This document shows, one piece after another, positions 18,621 to 27,897 of a DNA stretch of 52,683 bases (position 1 is its first letter; every line of letters begins with the position of its first letter). Both the position numbers and the translations under genes were made by a program. The stretch lies in IMG/VR virus record IMGVR_UViG_3300033153_001326, positions 1 to 52,683 of that record. One strand, 5' to 3'. The stretch is from a virus. Lineage: Duplodnaviria > Caudoviricetes. Under the pieces are notes generated by a model, which worked only from the letters and a program-made list of their open reading frames with translations, did not search any database and was not told where the DNA came from.

Positions 18621-19553
18621 ATGGCAGCCCGTAACAAATATCTAAACAACAAAGAGTTGTTGAAAGAAATTCATAACAGTAAAATATCATACAGCGAGTT
18701 TGACAAGCCTGGATATGATAAGTTTGATGCTATCGTAGAAAGCTTTGACGACCTATTCAATGAAATTGAGGAAGTCGAAGACATCATTGATGAAAAAACT
18801 GGTGAAATCGTTGATACCAAAGGGACTGGTGTTATGTACTGCTTTGCATTACGTAGCGCACAGGAAGCCAAAGCAAAGCGTATAGGCCAATCAAACTACG
18901 AACAGGCTCGTGACTCATACGAGGGGCCTGTTTCTGGCAAGCCTCGTCAAATTGATTACAAGATTGATCCCCAATCGCTCGTTGAAAACGAGCTAATATT
19001 CAGATGTATGACGTATGAGCATATCCCACTTGAGCCTGGTCGTAAGAAGAATCCGCGCAAAGAAGCGGAATATTACGTCAAGCTTAACTTTATTCCGTTC
19101 AAGCACTACATTGTTGAAGATCGTGCTACAAAAAAGGTAAAAGAGATTGGCCGCAGTCACAGCAAGGACGGAGAGTTTTGCCAAACACACGGCGCAATGA
19201 CTGATAAGCTTGCAACTATGTTTATGTTGCTCGTAGAACGATATAGTCAACGTGCTAACTGGCGTGGCTATACATACATTGATGAAATGCGCGGCCAGAG
19301 TTTGTTACAGCTATCGTCAATGGGCCTGCAATTCAACGAAGCAAAGAGCAACAACCCGTTCGCATACTACACACAAGCGTTGACGCACAGTTTCACTCGC
19401 GTACTTAACTTGGAAAAGAAACACCAGGATGTTAAGGATAAGATTCTTGTCGAAAAAGGATTGACTCCAAGCTGGAAGAAACAGATCGAACACGAAGACA
19501 AGTTACGTAAGATTCGCGAGGAAGCTAAAGCAGCCGATAACGAGTCACAGTAA
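18621..19553 (+). CDS. gp55: Late-transcription sigma factor (gp55-like, with large insertion)
   Basis: YLNNKELL...RANWRGYTYIDEM...KSNNPFAYYTQ signature. Confidence 0.9.
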   Translation: MAARNKYLNNKELLKEIHNSKISYSEFDKPGYDKFDAIVESFDDLFNEIEEVEDIIDEKTGEIVDTKGTGVMYCFALRSAQEAKAKRIGQSNYEQARDSYEGPVSGKPRQIDYKIDPQSLVENELIFRCMTYEHIPLEPGRKKNPRKEAEYYVKLNFIPFKHYIVEDRATKKVKEIGRSHSKDGEFCQTHGAMTDKLATMFMLLVERYSQRANWRGYTYIDEMRGQSLLQLSSMGLQFNEAKSNNPFAYYTQALTHSFTRVLNLEKKHQDVKDKILVEKGLTPSWKKQIEHEDKLRKIREEAKAADNESQ

Positions 19554-19804
19554 TGGTCGAAACTAAAAAGGAAAAGTTCACAAGAGTATTGTCTGGTGAG
19601 CCCGTAAGTTGGAAAGAATATGCGTTGCAACAAATACACGTATTGGTACTGGCAGAAGTGCGGGATAAAGAAACAAACAAAGACAGTACTTACTTCATGG
19701 ATTTAGAGCAAAAGATACATGAAGATATGGAATTAACAGGAGATCAAATCGACGCTATAGGACAACTGTACGTCGAATGGGCAAAGACTAAAGGCCACGT
19801 ATGA
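19553..19804 (+). CDS. Hypothetical protein
   Basis: Coupled ORF within the operon. Confidence 0.72.
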   Translation: MVETKKEKFTRVLSGEPVSWKEYALQQIHVLVLAEVRDKETNKDSTYFMDLEQKIHEDMELTGDQIDAIGQLYVEWAKTKGHV

Positions 19805-20064
19805 CAAATGATCCCAAGAAAGATTTTGTAAAGAACTTGAAGGGGACACATCTATCAGAATCAGATCACGATGAGATTGTGTTAGAAATAACTAGTACAA
19901 TCAGAATAATTTCTGGTATCTGCTACATGGATTTGCCTGATGATGAAAAAGTCAAGCGAATACTAGAAATGATAGACTATGCGAACGGCATATTAAAAGA
20001 TGCATCGTATGCTGAACGATATGCTCGCGCATTAGAAAACTATGAAAAGGCAAATAATGACTGA
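19801..20064 (+). CDS. Hypothetical protein
   Basis: Coupled ORF within the operon. Confidence 0.72.
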   Translation: MTNDPKKDFVKNLKGTHLSESDHDEIVLEITSTIRIISGICYMDLPDDEKVKRILEMIDYANGILKDASYAERYARALENYEKANND

Positions 20065-21073
20065 CAATAATTTGTTTAAGAATGTCGCTTGTTTCACGGA
20101 CATTCACTTTGGGTTAAAACATAACAGTCGCCAACACAATCAAGATTGTTTAGACTTTCTAGATTGGTTTATTGCGGAAGCGAAATTACGGAATTCGGAA
20201 ACGTGCATCATGCTGGGTGACTGGCATCATCATCGCGCAACCATTAACGTATCGACGCTAAACTACAGTATGACAGCCCTCGCTAAACTCAGTGAAGCAT
20301 TCGACAATATGTATTTCATTGTAGGCAATCACGATCTTTACTATAAAGAGAAGCGTGAGCTTAACTCAATCCCTATGGCTGAGTTGTATTCAAACATACA
20401 CCTCATTGATGAAATTACCACAGAGAGTGACGTTGCTATAGTTCCTTGGTTGGTTGGTAACGAGTGGACAAAGGTAGCCCAGATAGAATCCAAGTATATG
20501 TTTGGTCACTTCGAATTCCCTCGTTTCAAAATGAATGCTAGTGTAGAAATGCCAGATCATGGACAGCTACAAGCAGAAGACTTCCAACACCAAGACTATA
20601 TCTTTTCTGGTCACTTCCATAAGCGACAACAGAAAGGCATCATTCATTATATCGGAAATCCATTTGGTCACAATTTTGCTGACATAGATGATTCTGATAG
20701 AGGGGCAATGTTTCTTGAATGGGATGGTGAACCAGAGTATATGAATTGGGAAGGCCCAAGATATATTAAGATGAGTCTGTCTGCCTTGTTAGAAGATCCT
20801 GACAAGCATCTTTTACCAAAGACATTCGCTAAGATTGAACTGGACGTTGATCTATCTTACGAAGATGCAAACTTCATACGTGAAACACTATCAGAGAATT
20901 ATGAAATACGAGACCTCAATTTGATTCCTCGTAATGAATCAGAACACGAAGCAGAAGAACATGGTGATATTAAATTTGTGACAGTCGATCAGATTGTCAT
21001 AGATAGTATCAAAACGATGGATTCAGAATCATTTGATATAGGAAAACTTCAGCAGATATATAACGACTTATGA
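20057..21073 (+). CDS. gp47: Recombination nuclease (gp47/SbcD/Mre11)
   Basis: Metallophosphoesterase motifs DIHFG, GDWHH, GNHD, GH and SGHFH. Confidence 0.95.
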   Translation: MTDNNLFKNVACFTDIHFGLKHNSRQHNQDCLDFLDWFIAEAKLRNSETCIMLGDWHHHRATINVSTLNYSMTALAKLSEAFDNMYFIVGNHDLYYKEKRELNSIPMAELYSNIHLIDEITTESDVAIVPWLVGNEWTKVAQIESKYMFGHFEFPRFKMNASVEMPDHGQLQAEDFQHQDYIFSGHFHKRQQKGIIHYIGNPFGHNFADIDDSDRGAMFLEWDGEPEYMNWEGPRYIKMSLSALLEDPDKHLLPKTFAKIELDVDLSYEDANFIRETLSENYEIRDLNLIPRNESEHEAEEHGDIKFVTVDQIVIDSIKTMDSESFDIGKLQQIYNDL

Positions 21074-22836
21074 TACGCATAAAAAATATAACAATAAAAA
21101 ACTTTATGAGTGTAGGCAATGTCACACAAAGCATAAGCTTTGATGATAAAGACCTCGTTCTTGTGTTGGGTGAGAATCTAGATCAAGGTGGGCTTGACGC
21201 ACGTAATGGTGTGGGTAAGAGTACCATCGTCAATGCATTGTCGTATGCATTGTATGGCACAGCACTCACGAAGATCAAAGTGGATAACCTAGTCAACAAG
21301 ACGAATGGTAAGAACATGGTTGTTACTCTTGAGTTTGAAAAAAACGGAACTGAATATCTAATCGAACGTGGGCGCAAGCCAGTCAAGTTTGCATTCATGG
21401 TGGCGGGAACAGAAGCTAGTGTTGATGAGGCGGACGAAGCGCAGGGCGACAATCGCGTGACACAGCGCGAGCTTGAGCGCGAGCTTGGCTTGAGTCATAC
21501 CATGTTCAAGAATATTGTGGCTCTCAACACATACAGTGAGCCATTCCTTGCTATGAAAGCAGCAGAGCAACGTGAACTTATTGAGCAGTTGCTTGGTATC
21601 ACGCAGCTTTCAGAGAAAGCAGAGATACTTAAAGAACAGTTAAAGAATACGAAAGATAAAATAAAAGAGGAAGAGTTTCGTGTCGAAGCTATCAAGGAAG
21701 CGAACAGTCGAATTGAAAAGAACATCACTAGTCTCGTAACAAAATCGGACAAGTGGGTTGAAGATCAAGAGACATTGGTAACTGATGCAGCAGAAGCTAT
21801 CATTGTGCTTGAGGGTATCAATGTTGAGGAAGAAATAGAAAAGCACAAAGACCTCGTTATCATTAAAGAAGATCAAGCAAAGTTTGATAAGTTAGAGGCC
21901 GAGCGTAAACAGTATGTACGCAAGATAGCTTCTCGAACACTATCAAGGAACAAGGATGATGAAAAACTGGCGACGTTAGAACATCAGAAGTGCTATACTT
22001 GCGATCAAGAACTACAGGGTGATACACATAAGAAACTCGTAGACGAAGCAGAGACAAGCAGAAAAGAATTTACAGAAATCATTGAGACAACAGAAAAACT
22101 TCTTGAAGAAAAGGAAGCAGAGTTGGCTGACATTGAAGTAGAGACAACACCAGACACATTCTATGATGACATAGAAGATGTGTACAACCACAGATCAAGC
22201 TTGGAGAGTCTACAGACTACACTGGAAGTAGAGTCTGTAAGAGAGAACCTCTTCATCGACCAGATAGAAAGCTTAAAGAAAACAGGATTGCAAACCATAG
22301 ACTACACTTCGATGAATGATCTGGTGTCGTTGCGCGATCATCAAGACTTCTTGGTACGATTGCTCACAAGCAAAGACAGTTTCATTCGTAAGAAGATCAT
22401 CAATCAAAATCTCGCATACTTGAATGCACGACTAGAATATTATCTTGATCGTGTTGGTTTACCACACAAAATCAAGTTTATGTCTGACCTCACAGTAGAG
22501 ATTCGTGAGCATGGTCGTGACTTAGACTTCGATAACCTAAGTCGTGGTGAGCGTACACGTTTGATACTTGGTCTTAGCTGGTCATTCAGAGATGTATATG
22601 AAAGCTTGAATACACCTATCAGTCTGCTATTCATTGATGAGCTTATTGATAATGGGCTTGATCCAGCGGGCGTAGAGAGCGCACTGTCTGTATTGAAACA
22701 GATGGCGCGAGAAGCAAACAGAAACATATTCCTTATCAGTCACAGAGATGAACTGGTTGGTCGAGTTGGTTCTGTACTTAAAGTTATTAAAGAGTCGGGC
22801 TTCACTTCATTTGAAAATGAGGTAGACTTAGAATGA
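21070..22836 (+). CDS. gp46: Recombination ATPase (gp46/SbcC/Rad50)
   Basis: Walker A NGVGKS, CYTC zinc hook, LSRGE signature, Walker B LFIDE, ISH. Confidence 0.95.
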   Translation: MIRIKNITIKNFMSVGNVTQSISFDDKDLVLVLGENLDQGGLDARNGVGKSTIVNALSYALYGTALTKIKVDNLVNKTNGKNMVVTLEFEKNGTEYLIERGRKPVKFAFMVAGTEASVDEADEAQGDNRVTQRELERELGLSHTMFKNIVALNTYSEPFLAMKAAEQRELIEQLLGITQLSEKAEILKEQLKNTKDKIKEEEFRVEAIKEANSRIEKNITSLVTKSDKWVEDQETLVTDAAEAIIVLEGINVEEEIEKHKDLVIIKEDQAKFDKLEAERKQYVRKIASRTLSRNKDDEKLATLEHQKCYTCDQELQGDTHKKLVDEAETSRKEFTEIIETTEKLLEEKEAELADIEVETTPDTFYDDIEDVYNHRSSLESLQTTLEVESVRENLFIDQIESLKKTGLQTIDYTSMNDLVSLRDHQDFLVRLLTSKDSFIRKKIINQNLAYLNARLEYYLDRVGLPHKIKFMSDLTVEIREHGRDLDFDNLSRGERTRLILGLSWSFRDVYESLNTPISLLFIDELIDNGLDPAGVESALSVLKQMAREANRNIFLISHRDELVGRVGSVLKVIKESGFTSFENEVDLE

Positions 22837-23231
22837 AACGAAGAAAGACACAACAAACATTAAGAGCAGAGAGTCGTGGGCTACGGAAAGTACAAAACGA
22901 GCAAAATGTGTGGACGTTCATTCAAGGCGATGATGTTCTGCATCAGTGGGGAACATTCTCGGGCAGTACAACATTTGCTGTTAATGATGCACTTTCAGTT
23001 GGTGACATCATTACTATCAATGCATCTGATACAACATCATGTGCATTTGGTCTTGACTTGGCATACAAGAATATTAACCCAAAGCGCGTACATCCTGCTA
23101 GAAGAAGAAAAGTTATACAAGATCAAAAAGACATGATGGACGATCAAATGGTAGTTGTATCTGGTGGTACCTCATTAACTTGTACAAAGATAGACAATGT
23201 AACGTGGGTAGTCAACGGAGTCGTATCTTAA
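22833..23231 (+). CDS. Hypothetical protein
   Basis: Coupled to both gp46 and purF. Confidence 0.7.
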   Translation: MKRRKTQQTLRAESRGLRKVQNEQNVWTFIQGDDVLHQWGTFSGSTTFAVNDALSVGDIITINASDTTSCAFGLDLAYKNINPKRVHPARRRKVIQDQKDMMDDQMVVVSGGTSLTCTKIDNVTWVVNGVVS

Positions 23232-24685
23232 TGTGTGGAGTCGTTGGAATCTTTGGAAGGCAACCAGTGAATCAAGCACTATATGATTCATTGACTATGT
23301 TGCAACACAGAGGACAAGACGCCGCTGGTATTGTTACGTGCGATAGTAGTGGACTTCACACAAGAAAGGGTACGGGGCTAGTACGTGACGTATTCCATAC
23401 AAGACACATGAGACGGTTAAAAGGCAACGTTGGCATAGGCCATGTACGTTACCCAACAGCAGGCGCGAAGACACCCAAAGAAACGCAACCTCTGTACGTC
23501 AATAGTCCGTATGGAATATGTCTAGCCCACAATGGTAATCTCGTCAACTATGATGAGTTAGCTGAGATGCTTTCAAGCACAGACTTGAGACATTTGAATA
23601 CACATTCAGACAGCGAAGTACTACTAAACGTATTCGCACATGAATTACAGAAAGGCAATCACAATGAAATGATGGCAGAGCGTATATTCACAGCTATTAC
23701 TGAGCTACATAAACGTGTGAGTGGTGGCTACGCAGTTGTCTCGTTGATTGCAAATAACGGAATCGTAGCGTTTCGTGATCCACATGGCATTCGTCCATTG
23801 GTTCTTGGGCGCAGAGAAACTACACATGGGCTAGAATATATAATAGCCAGTGAAAGTGTGGCACTTGATGTGCTAGACTTTGAGCGAGTGCGCGACGTAG
23901 AGCCTGGTGAATGCATATACATAGACAACAAAGGTAGACTGCATTCAAAGATGTGCGCGAAGAAGACACAGCTATCGCCATGCATATTCGAGTATGTCTA
24001 CCTAGCTAGACCAGACTCCATCATTGATGGACTATCAGTGTACAAGTCTCGTCTACGCATTGGTGAACAGTTAGGTGAGAAGATTCTAGAAGAATGGCCT
24101 GACCATGATATAGATGTAGTAATTCCTATTCCCGATACGAGTCGTGTGTCTGCTGTGCAAGTAGCACACAGACTTGGACTAAAGTTGCGCGATGGGTTTG
24201 TAAAGAATAGATATGTTCCTCGCACGTTTATTATGCCTGGTCAAGAACTCCGAGAGAAGTCTGTGAAGCAAAAGCTAAACACGATTGATCTAGAGTTCGC
24301 TGGTAAAAATGTGTTACTCGTTGACGATAGTATCGTGCGAGGAACTACTTCACGCGAAATCATAAAAATAGCTAGACAAGCGGGCGCAAATATGGTATAC
24401 TTTGCAGTAGCAGCACCACCAGTTAGATACCAAAATGTATATGGTATCAACATACCATCATCAGATGAGCTAATCGCACATGATTGCACAGAAGAGGAAG
24501 TAGAAGAATTAATTGGTGCAGACAAGTTGATCTATCTTGACTTGCCTTCACTGATACAAGCAGTACAATACGAAGGCGTAAGCATAAACAAGTTTGATAC
24601 GTCATGCTTCTCTGGTGAATATGTCACTGGTGATGTAACAGAAGAATACTTAAAACAACTCGCAGACAAGAGAGAGGAAAAATGA
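23231..24685 (+). CDS. purF: Amidophosphoribosyltransferase
   Basis: Start re-called to ATG 23231, giving the catalytic N-terminal Cys (MCGVVG); LQHRGQDAAG, GHVRYPTAG, HNGNL and PRPP loop VLLVDDSIVRGTTS; E. coli type with no propeptide. Confidence 0.97.
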   Translation: MCGVVGIFGRQPVNQALYDSLTMLQHRGQDAAGIVTCDSSGLHTRKGTGLVRDVFHTRHMRRLKGNVGIGHVRYPTAGAKTPKETQPLYVNSPYGICLAHNGNLVNYDELAEMLSSTDLRHLNTHSDSEVLLNVFAHELQKGNHNEMMAERIFTAITELHKRVSGGYAVVSLIANNGIVAFRDPHGIRPLVLGRRETTHGLEYIIASESVALDVLDFERVRDVEPGECIYIDNKGRLHSKMCAKKTQLSPCIFEYVYLARPDSIIDGLSVYKSRLRIGEQLGEKILEEWPDHDIDVVIPIPDTSRVSAVQVAHRLGLKLRDGFVKNRYVPRTFIMPGQELREKSVKQKLNTIDLEFAGKNVLLVDDSIVRGTTSREIIKIARQAGANMVYFAVAAPPVRYQNVYGINIPSSDELIAHDCTEEEVEELIGADKLIYLDLPSLIQAVQYEGVSINKFDTSCFSGEYVTGDVTEEYLKQLADKREEK

Positions 24686-25707
24686 AAGTAACGAAATTGA
24701 GATACCTTTGGCTAGATGCTAATGGACACATACGAAACAAACTGAAGATCGTCAAGGGCGGGTTCGTACATGCACTTAGCGATATAGAACAGTGGAGCTA
24801 TGATGGTTCATCAACTGGACAAGCAGTGACAGGTGATTCAGATTTGTTCCTCAATCCAGTAAAAACATACCGTTCAACGAACCACGATGAAACTCTTGTG
24901 CTGTGTTCTGTCACAGACTTTGGTGACAACCCCGTGAAATCAGAAAAGCGATACCAACTTGCAGAACTAGCAGACAAGTACGAAACTAACGGATGGCTGT
25001 TTGGTATAGAACAGGAATATGCGTTGATGGATGATACTGGTACTAGATTATATCGTTGGCCTGATGCAGCATTCCCTGGTGAGCAAGGCCCATACTATTG
25101 TGGTGTTGGTTATGATGAGGCGTATGGTGCAGATATTATAGATGAACACACTGACACTTGTATAGATTATGGTCTTGCTATTTGTGGAACTAATGCAGAA
25201 GTGATGCCGTCACAATGGGAATTCCAGATTGGTGCAGAAGACCCGTTGACTGTTGCTGATGATCTTATAGTTGCGCGCTATTTATTGTATCGTGTTGCTG
25301 CACACTATGCTGCAACTGCAACACTACACCCTAAGCCAGTTAAAGGCAACTGGAATGGTAGTGGTGCGCACACTAACTTCTCAACAGCAGCAATGATGAA
25401 TGAAAAAACTGGTGCAAGAGCAATTGAACTCGCAGTTGTTAATCTAGAAAAGACACATGATGCATGTATCGAGCTATATGGCGAAGACATTCATCACAGA
25501 ATGACAGGTGAACTTGAAACTTCTGACATTAGTACGTTCACATATGGTGACAGCGACAGAGCCTGCAGTATTCGTAAGCCAATTGGTGTGCGTAGAGATG
25601 GTTATGGCTATCTAGAAGATCGCCGCCCATGCGCAAACATCAACCCATACACTGTATGTGCAGCAATCATACAAAGTGTCGAAGAAGGAGTTTGCACAGT
25701 AAAATAA
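24682..25707 (+). CDS. glnII: Glutamine synthetase, type II
   Basis: WSYDGSSTGQA, FGIEQEY, QGPYYCGVG, NAEVMPSQWEFQIG, WNGSGAHTNFST, GYLEDRRP; 341 aa. Confidence 0.95.
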   Translation: MKVTKLRYLWLDANGHIRNKLKIVKGGFVHALSDIEQWSYDGSSTGQAVTGDSDLFLNPVKTYRSTNHDETLVLCSVTDFGDNPVKSEKRYQLAELADKYETNGWLFGIEQEYALMDDTGTRLYRWPDAAFPGEQGPYYCGVGYDEAYGADIIDEHTDTCIDYGLAICGTNAEVMPSQWEFQIGAEDPLTVADDLIVARYLLYRVAAHYAATATLHPKPVKGNWNGSGAHTNFSTAAMMNEKTGARAIELAVVNLEKTHDACIELYGEDIHHRMTGELETSDISTFTYGDSDRACSIRKPIGVRRDGYGYLEDRRPCANINPYTVCAAIIQSVEEGVCTVK

Positions 25708-26009
25708 TGGATGAAAAAGCACAATTCTTACTAAAGTTGAAGGGCAAGAGAGATGGTGGACACTTGCACCATTGGTCTGAGGTTGATGGTGAGATAGTGG
25801 GCTTGCATAGTGAAACAGATACTTACACGATGGTAGCTAGGTCGTTGCGCTATGAAATAATTGATGACTACATTGTTGGGACAACAGACTATTATACATT
25901 AGGAAAGAAATGTCCACACAGCGATCTAGTAGAAATATTACAGAGGAAAGCACCAAGAGAGAAATTGCTCTTGGCATATAGATACGAAAAGGATACAGAT
26001 GGGAGTTAA
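25707..26009 (+). CDS. Hypothetical protein with N-terminal FLLKLKG motif
   Basis: TAATG coupling at 25707. Confidence 0.7.
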   Translation: MDEKAQFLLKLKGKRDGGHLHHWSEVDGEIVGLHSETDTYTMVARSLRYEIIDDYIVGTTDYYTLGKKCPHSDLVEILQRKAPREKLLLAYRYEKDTDGS

Positions 26010-26511
26010 TGGAAAACAGAAAGGCAACACATTTGAGAGAGACATAGCTAATATGTTCTCTGATCGTTTTGCTGAACACACAGGAATTGAGAAGTCTTTC
26101 CGCAGAAATCCTGATTCTGGGAGTTTCTTCGGTGGGACTAACATTGATCGTAAAGAGATATACGATACAGATTGGGCAATCTATGGAGACTTGATATGTC
26201 CGAGAGACTTTGGATTCACTATTGAATGCAAACATTATAAGACACCACCTACGCTGAATGCTATTCTCAAAGGAGAAGTAACAGAGTGGGACAAGTGGAT
26301 TGAACAAGCAAGACAAGATGCAAAAGCATGTGAGAAAGAAATGCTTATCATCATAAAATATAACAGAACTAAAATACTAACCATTACGGAAGAAGACACA
26401 ATAAAATCAGCATTTCCTATTATAAACTATAAAAAATTAGAGATACACACCCTGGAAGATGTACTACAAGAGAGTAATCCTTTTTTCTTTCCTGTAGTTC
26501 AACAAACTTGA
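25999..26511 (+). CDS. Holliday junction resolvase-like PD-(D/E)xK nuclease
   Basis: KQKGNTFER...GDL...IECK...W.QA pattern. Confidence 0.8.
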   Translation: MGVNGKQKGNTFERDIANMFSDRFAEHTGIEKSFRRNPDSGSFFGGTNIDRKEIYDTDWAIYGDLICPRDFGFTIECKHYKTPPTLNAILKGEVTEWDKWIEQARQDAKACEKEMLIIIKYNRTKILTITEEDTIKSAFPIINYKKLEIHTLEDVLQESNPFFFPVVQQT

Positions 26512-26544
26512 TATATATACATAGAACACTAAAATAAAACACAT

Positions 26545-26880
26545 TACGGTAACACACAGAACCCTTCATTATGGCACACAACTAGCCTCGATGGGACACA
26601 CCTTCCTTGAACGTGCAATGGAATACTTGCGCGTAGATACTGGAATGCTAGACATATAAACAAAGATGATGCTCTGAGAAAAAGTCAACATCAGCTTGTA
26701 TAACATCCTCATGTAGTGGTGTTATATGGGTCGCGGTATTGTGGTAAAACACACGGAGAGATTAATTGGTCAATGGTACCCGCCAAGCGAATAAGCTTTT
26801 TACTATGTGATGTGGTGACGACATAAGCAAACCACTAGCTCTGCTGAACTAGCGGAGCTATGGCTGATACAATAGCAAAT
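26545..26880 (+). ncRNA. Candidate large structured non-coding RNA (unclassified)
   Basis: ORF-free region with a run of helices containing G-U pairs on the + strand (e.g. 26694-26707/26718-26731 and 26836-26845/26851-26860); possible TTGATA-16-TAAAAT promoter at 26508-26535. Confidence 0.55.
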
Positions 26881-26904
26881 TAAAAATGAAACAAACAAAA
26901 AGAT

Positions 26905-26996
26905 TGAACTTTATCCGAAGCTGAAAAGAACTTTACGAAGCGAAGCGAGAGTAAAGTTGTTGAAAGCTTTGATGGTCGTAAGACCATCATGCTTTG
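26905..26996. repeat. Hairpin cluster with GCGAAGC loop (possible priming/origin or terminator element)
   Basis: AACTTTAC/GTAAAGTT stem (26929-26958) enclosing GAAGCGAAGCGAGA; TGATGGTC-GTAA-GACCATCA (26970-26989). Confidence 0.6.
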
Positions 26997-27015
26997 ATCT
27001 ACACTTGGAGATACA

Positions 27016-27321
27016 ATGAGAGAGTTACAATGGGGATTAACAATTGGTACTAGGAATCTTACTGCACTTGCTGTAGTAGATGACATATATACCAGATTTA
27101 CAGTATTTAAGAAAGATAAGCATTATCGTGTATCCGAGCTTGATGTTGATACTGGTGAATTGAATTACTATGATTATGACTTTGATAGTGAATCAGATGC
27201 AATAGCCTCTGTTGAGAAAGAATATCTATTACGATGTGAGGATCTGAATAAAGATCATTATACTGGTAATGACTACGGGGTTCACGCCTATACTGGACAG
27301 AAGGAGTGGTGGGATACTTAA
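27016..27321 (+). CDS. Hypothetical protein
   Basis: GGAG RBS; 101 aa. Confidence 0.72.
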   Translation: MRELQWGLTIGTRNLTALAVVDDIYTRFTVFKKDKHYRVSELDVDTGELNYYDYDFDSESDAIASVEKEYLLRCEDLNKDHYTGNDYGVHAYTGQKEWWDT

Positions 27322-27620
27322 TCTTTTCGTTTAGCTTTCAAGGCTAACATTCCTTGTTCAATCAATTCTTTATTATCTTCTATATACTCTACCCACTGAG
27401 CCATCTTCTCTCCATCTATCATCAGTCCTGATCCATTACATGAAGGACAGGGATAAACTCCAATCGGTTTCAGCATCATAGGCATATCTTCCATACCCAT
27501 ATCTCTAGCAGCAGATGCGTACCCGCCGCCGTTGCAGCGTGTGCATACTACATCGTCAGGATGATTCTTAGTTGCCATTATCCATTGCCTCGTATACTTG
27601 AGCCATTTCATCATTAGCAC
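27318..27620 (-). CDS. Small protein with DnaJ-type CxxCxGxG zinc finger
   Basis: CTRCNGGG and CPSCNGSG; exact start uncertain. Confidence 0.72.
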   Translation of the reverse strand: MLMMKWLKYTRQWIMATKNHPDDVVCTRCNGGGYASAARDMGMEDMPMMLKPIGVYPCPSCNGSGLMIDGEKMAQWVEYIEDNKELIEQGMLALKAKRKD

Positions 27621-27897
27621 CTTTGAGTTTTAATACGAATTTTTCTTTCCCTTCTATCAAACGACATTCGCTTTCTAATGCAGTATGGGTTGACCCATCT
27701 AAGAATTCGATTCTGTACCATGTATCAGATCGTGTTAGGCCATGAAATCCAGAACTCTTTGTACCAGCTAATGTTTGTTTATGCCATCTTCCTCGTTGAG
27801 CGTGTAACGTACCCATGTACTGATCTTCTGTGACAATTTGTCCTCTCGCCACTAAGCCCATTCCAATGTCTACTTCAACGTAGTCGCCTATCTTCAT
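27568..27897 (-). CDS. SH3/KOW-like hypothetical protein with FVLKLKG motif
   Basis: MKIGDYVEV...GQIV...YRIEFLDG pattern; TAATG-coupled. Confidence 0.65.
   Translation of the reverse strand: MKIGDYVEVDIGMGLVARGQIVTEDQYMGTLHAQRGRWHKQTLAGTKSSGFHGLTRSDTWYRIEFLDGSTHTALESECRLIEGKEKFVLKLKGANDEMAQVYEAMDNGN

Noticed and set aside
26512-27015. tRNA, tmRNA, group I intron or coding region (12-aa ORF at 26886; 68-aa minus ORF 26880..27086)
   Set aside because: No cloverleaf or T-loop, no interrupted gene, and the short ORFs lack an RBS or overlap a better gene.
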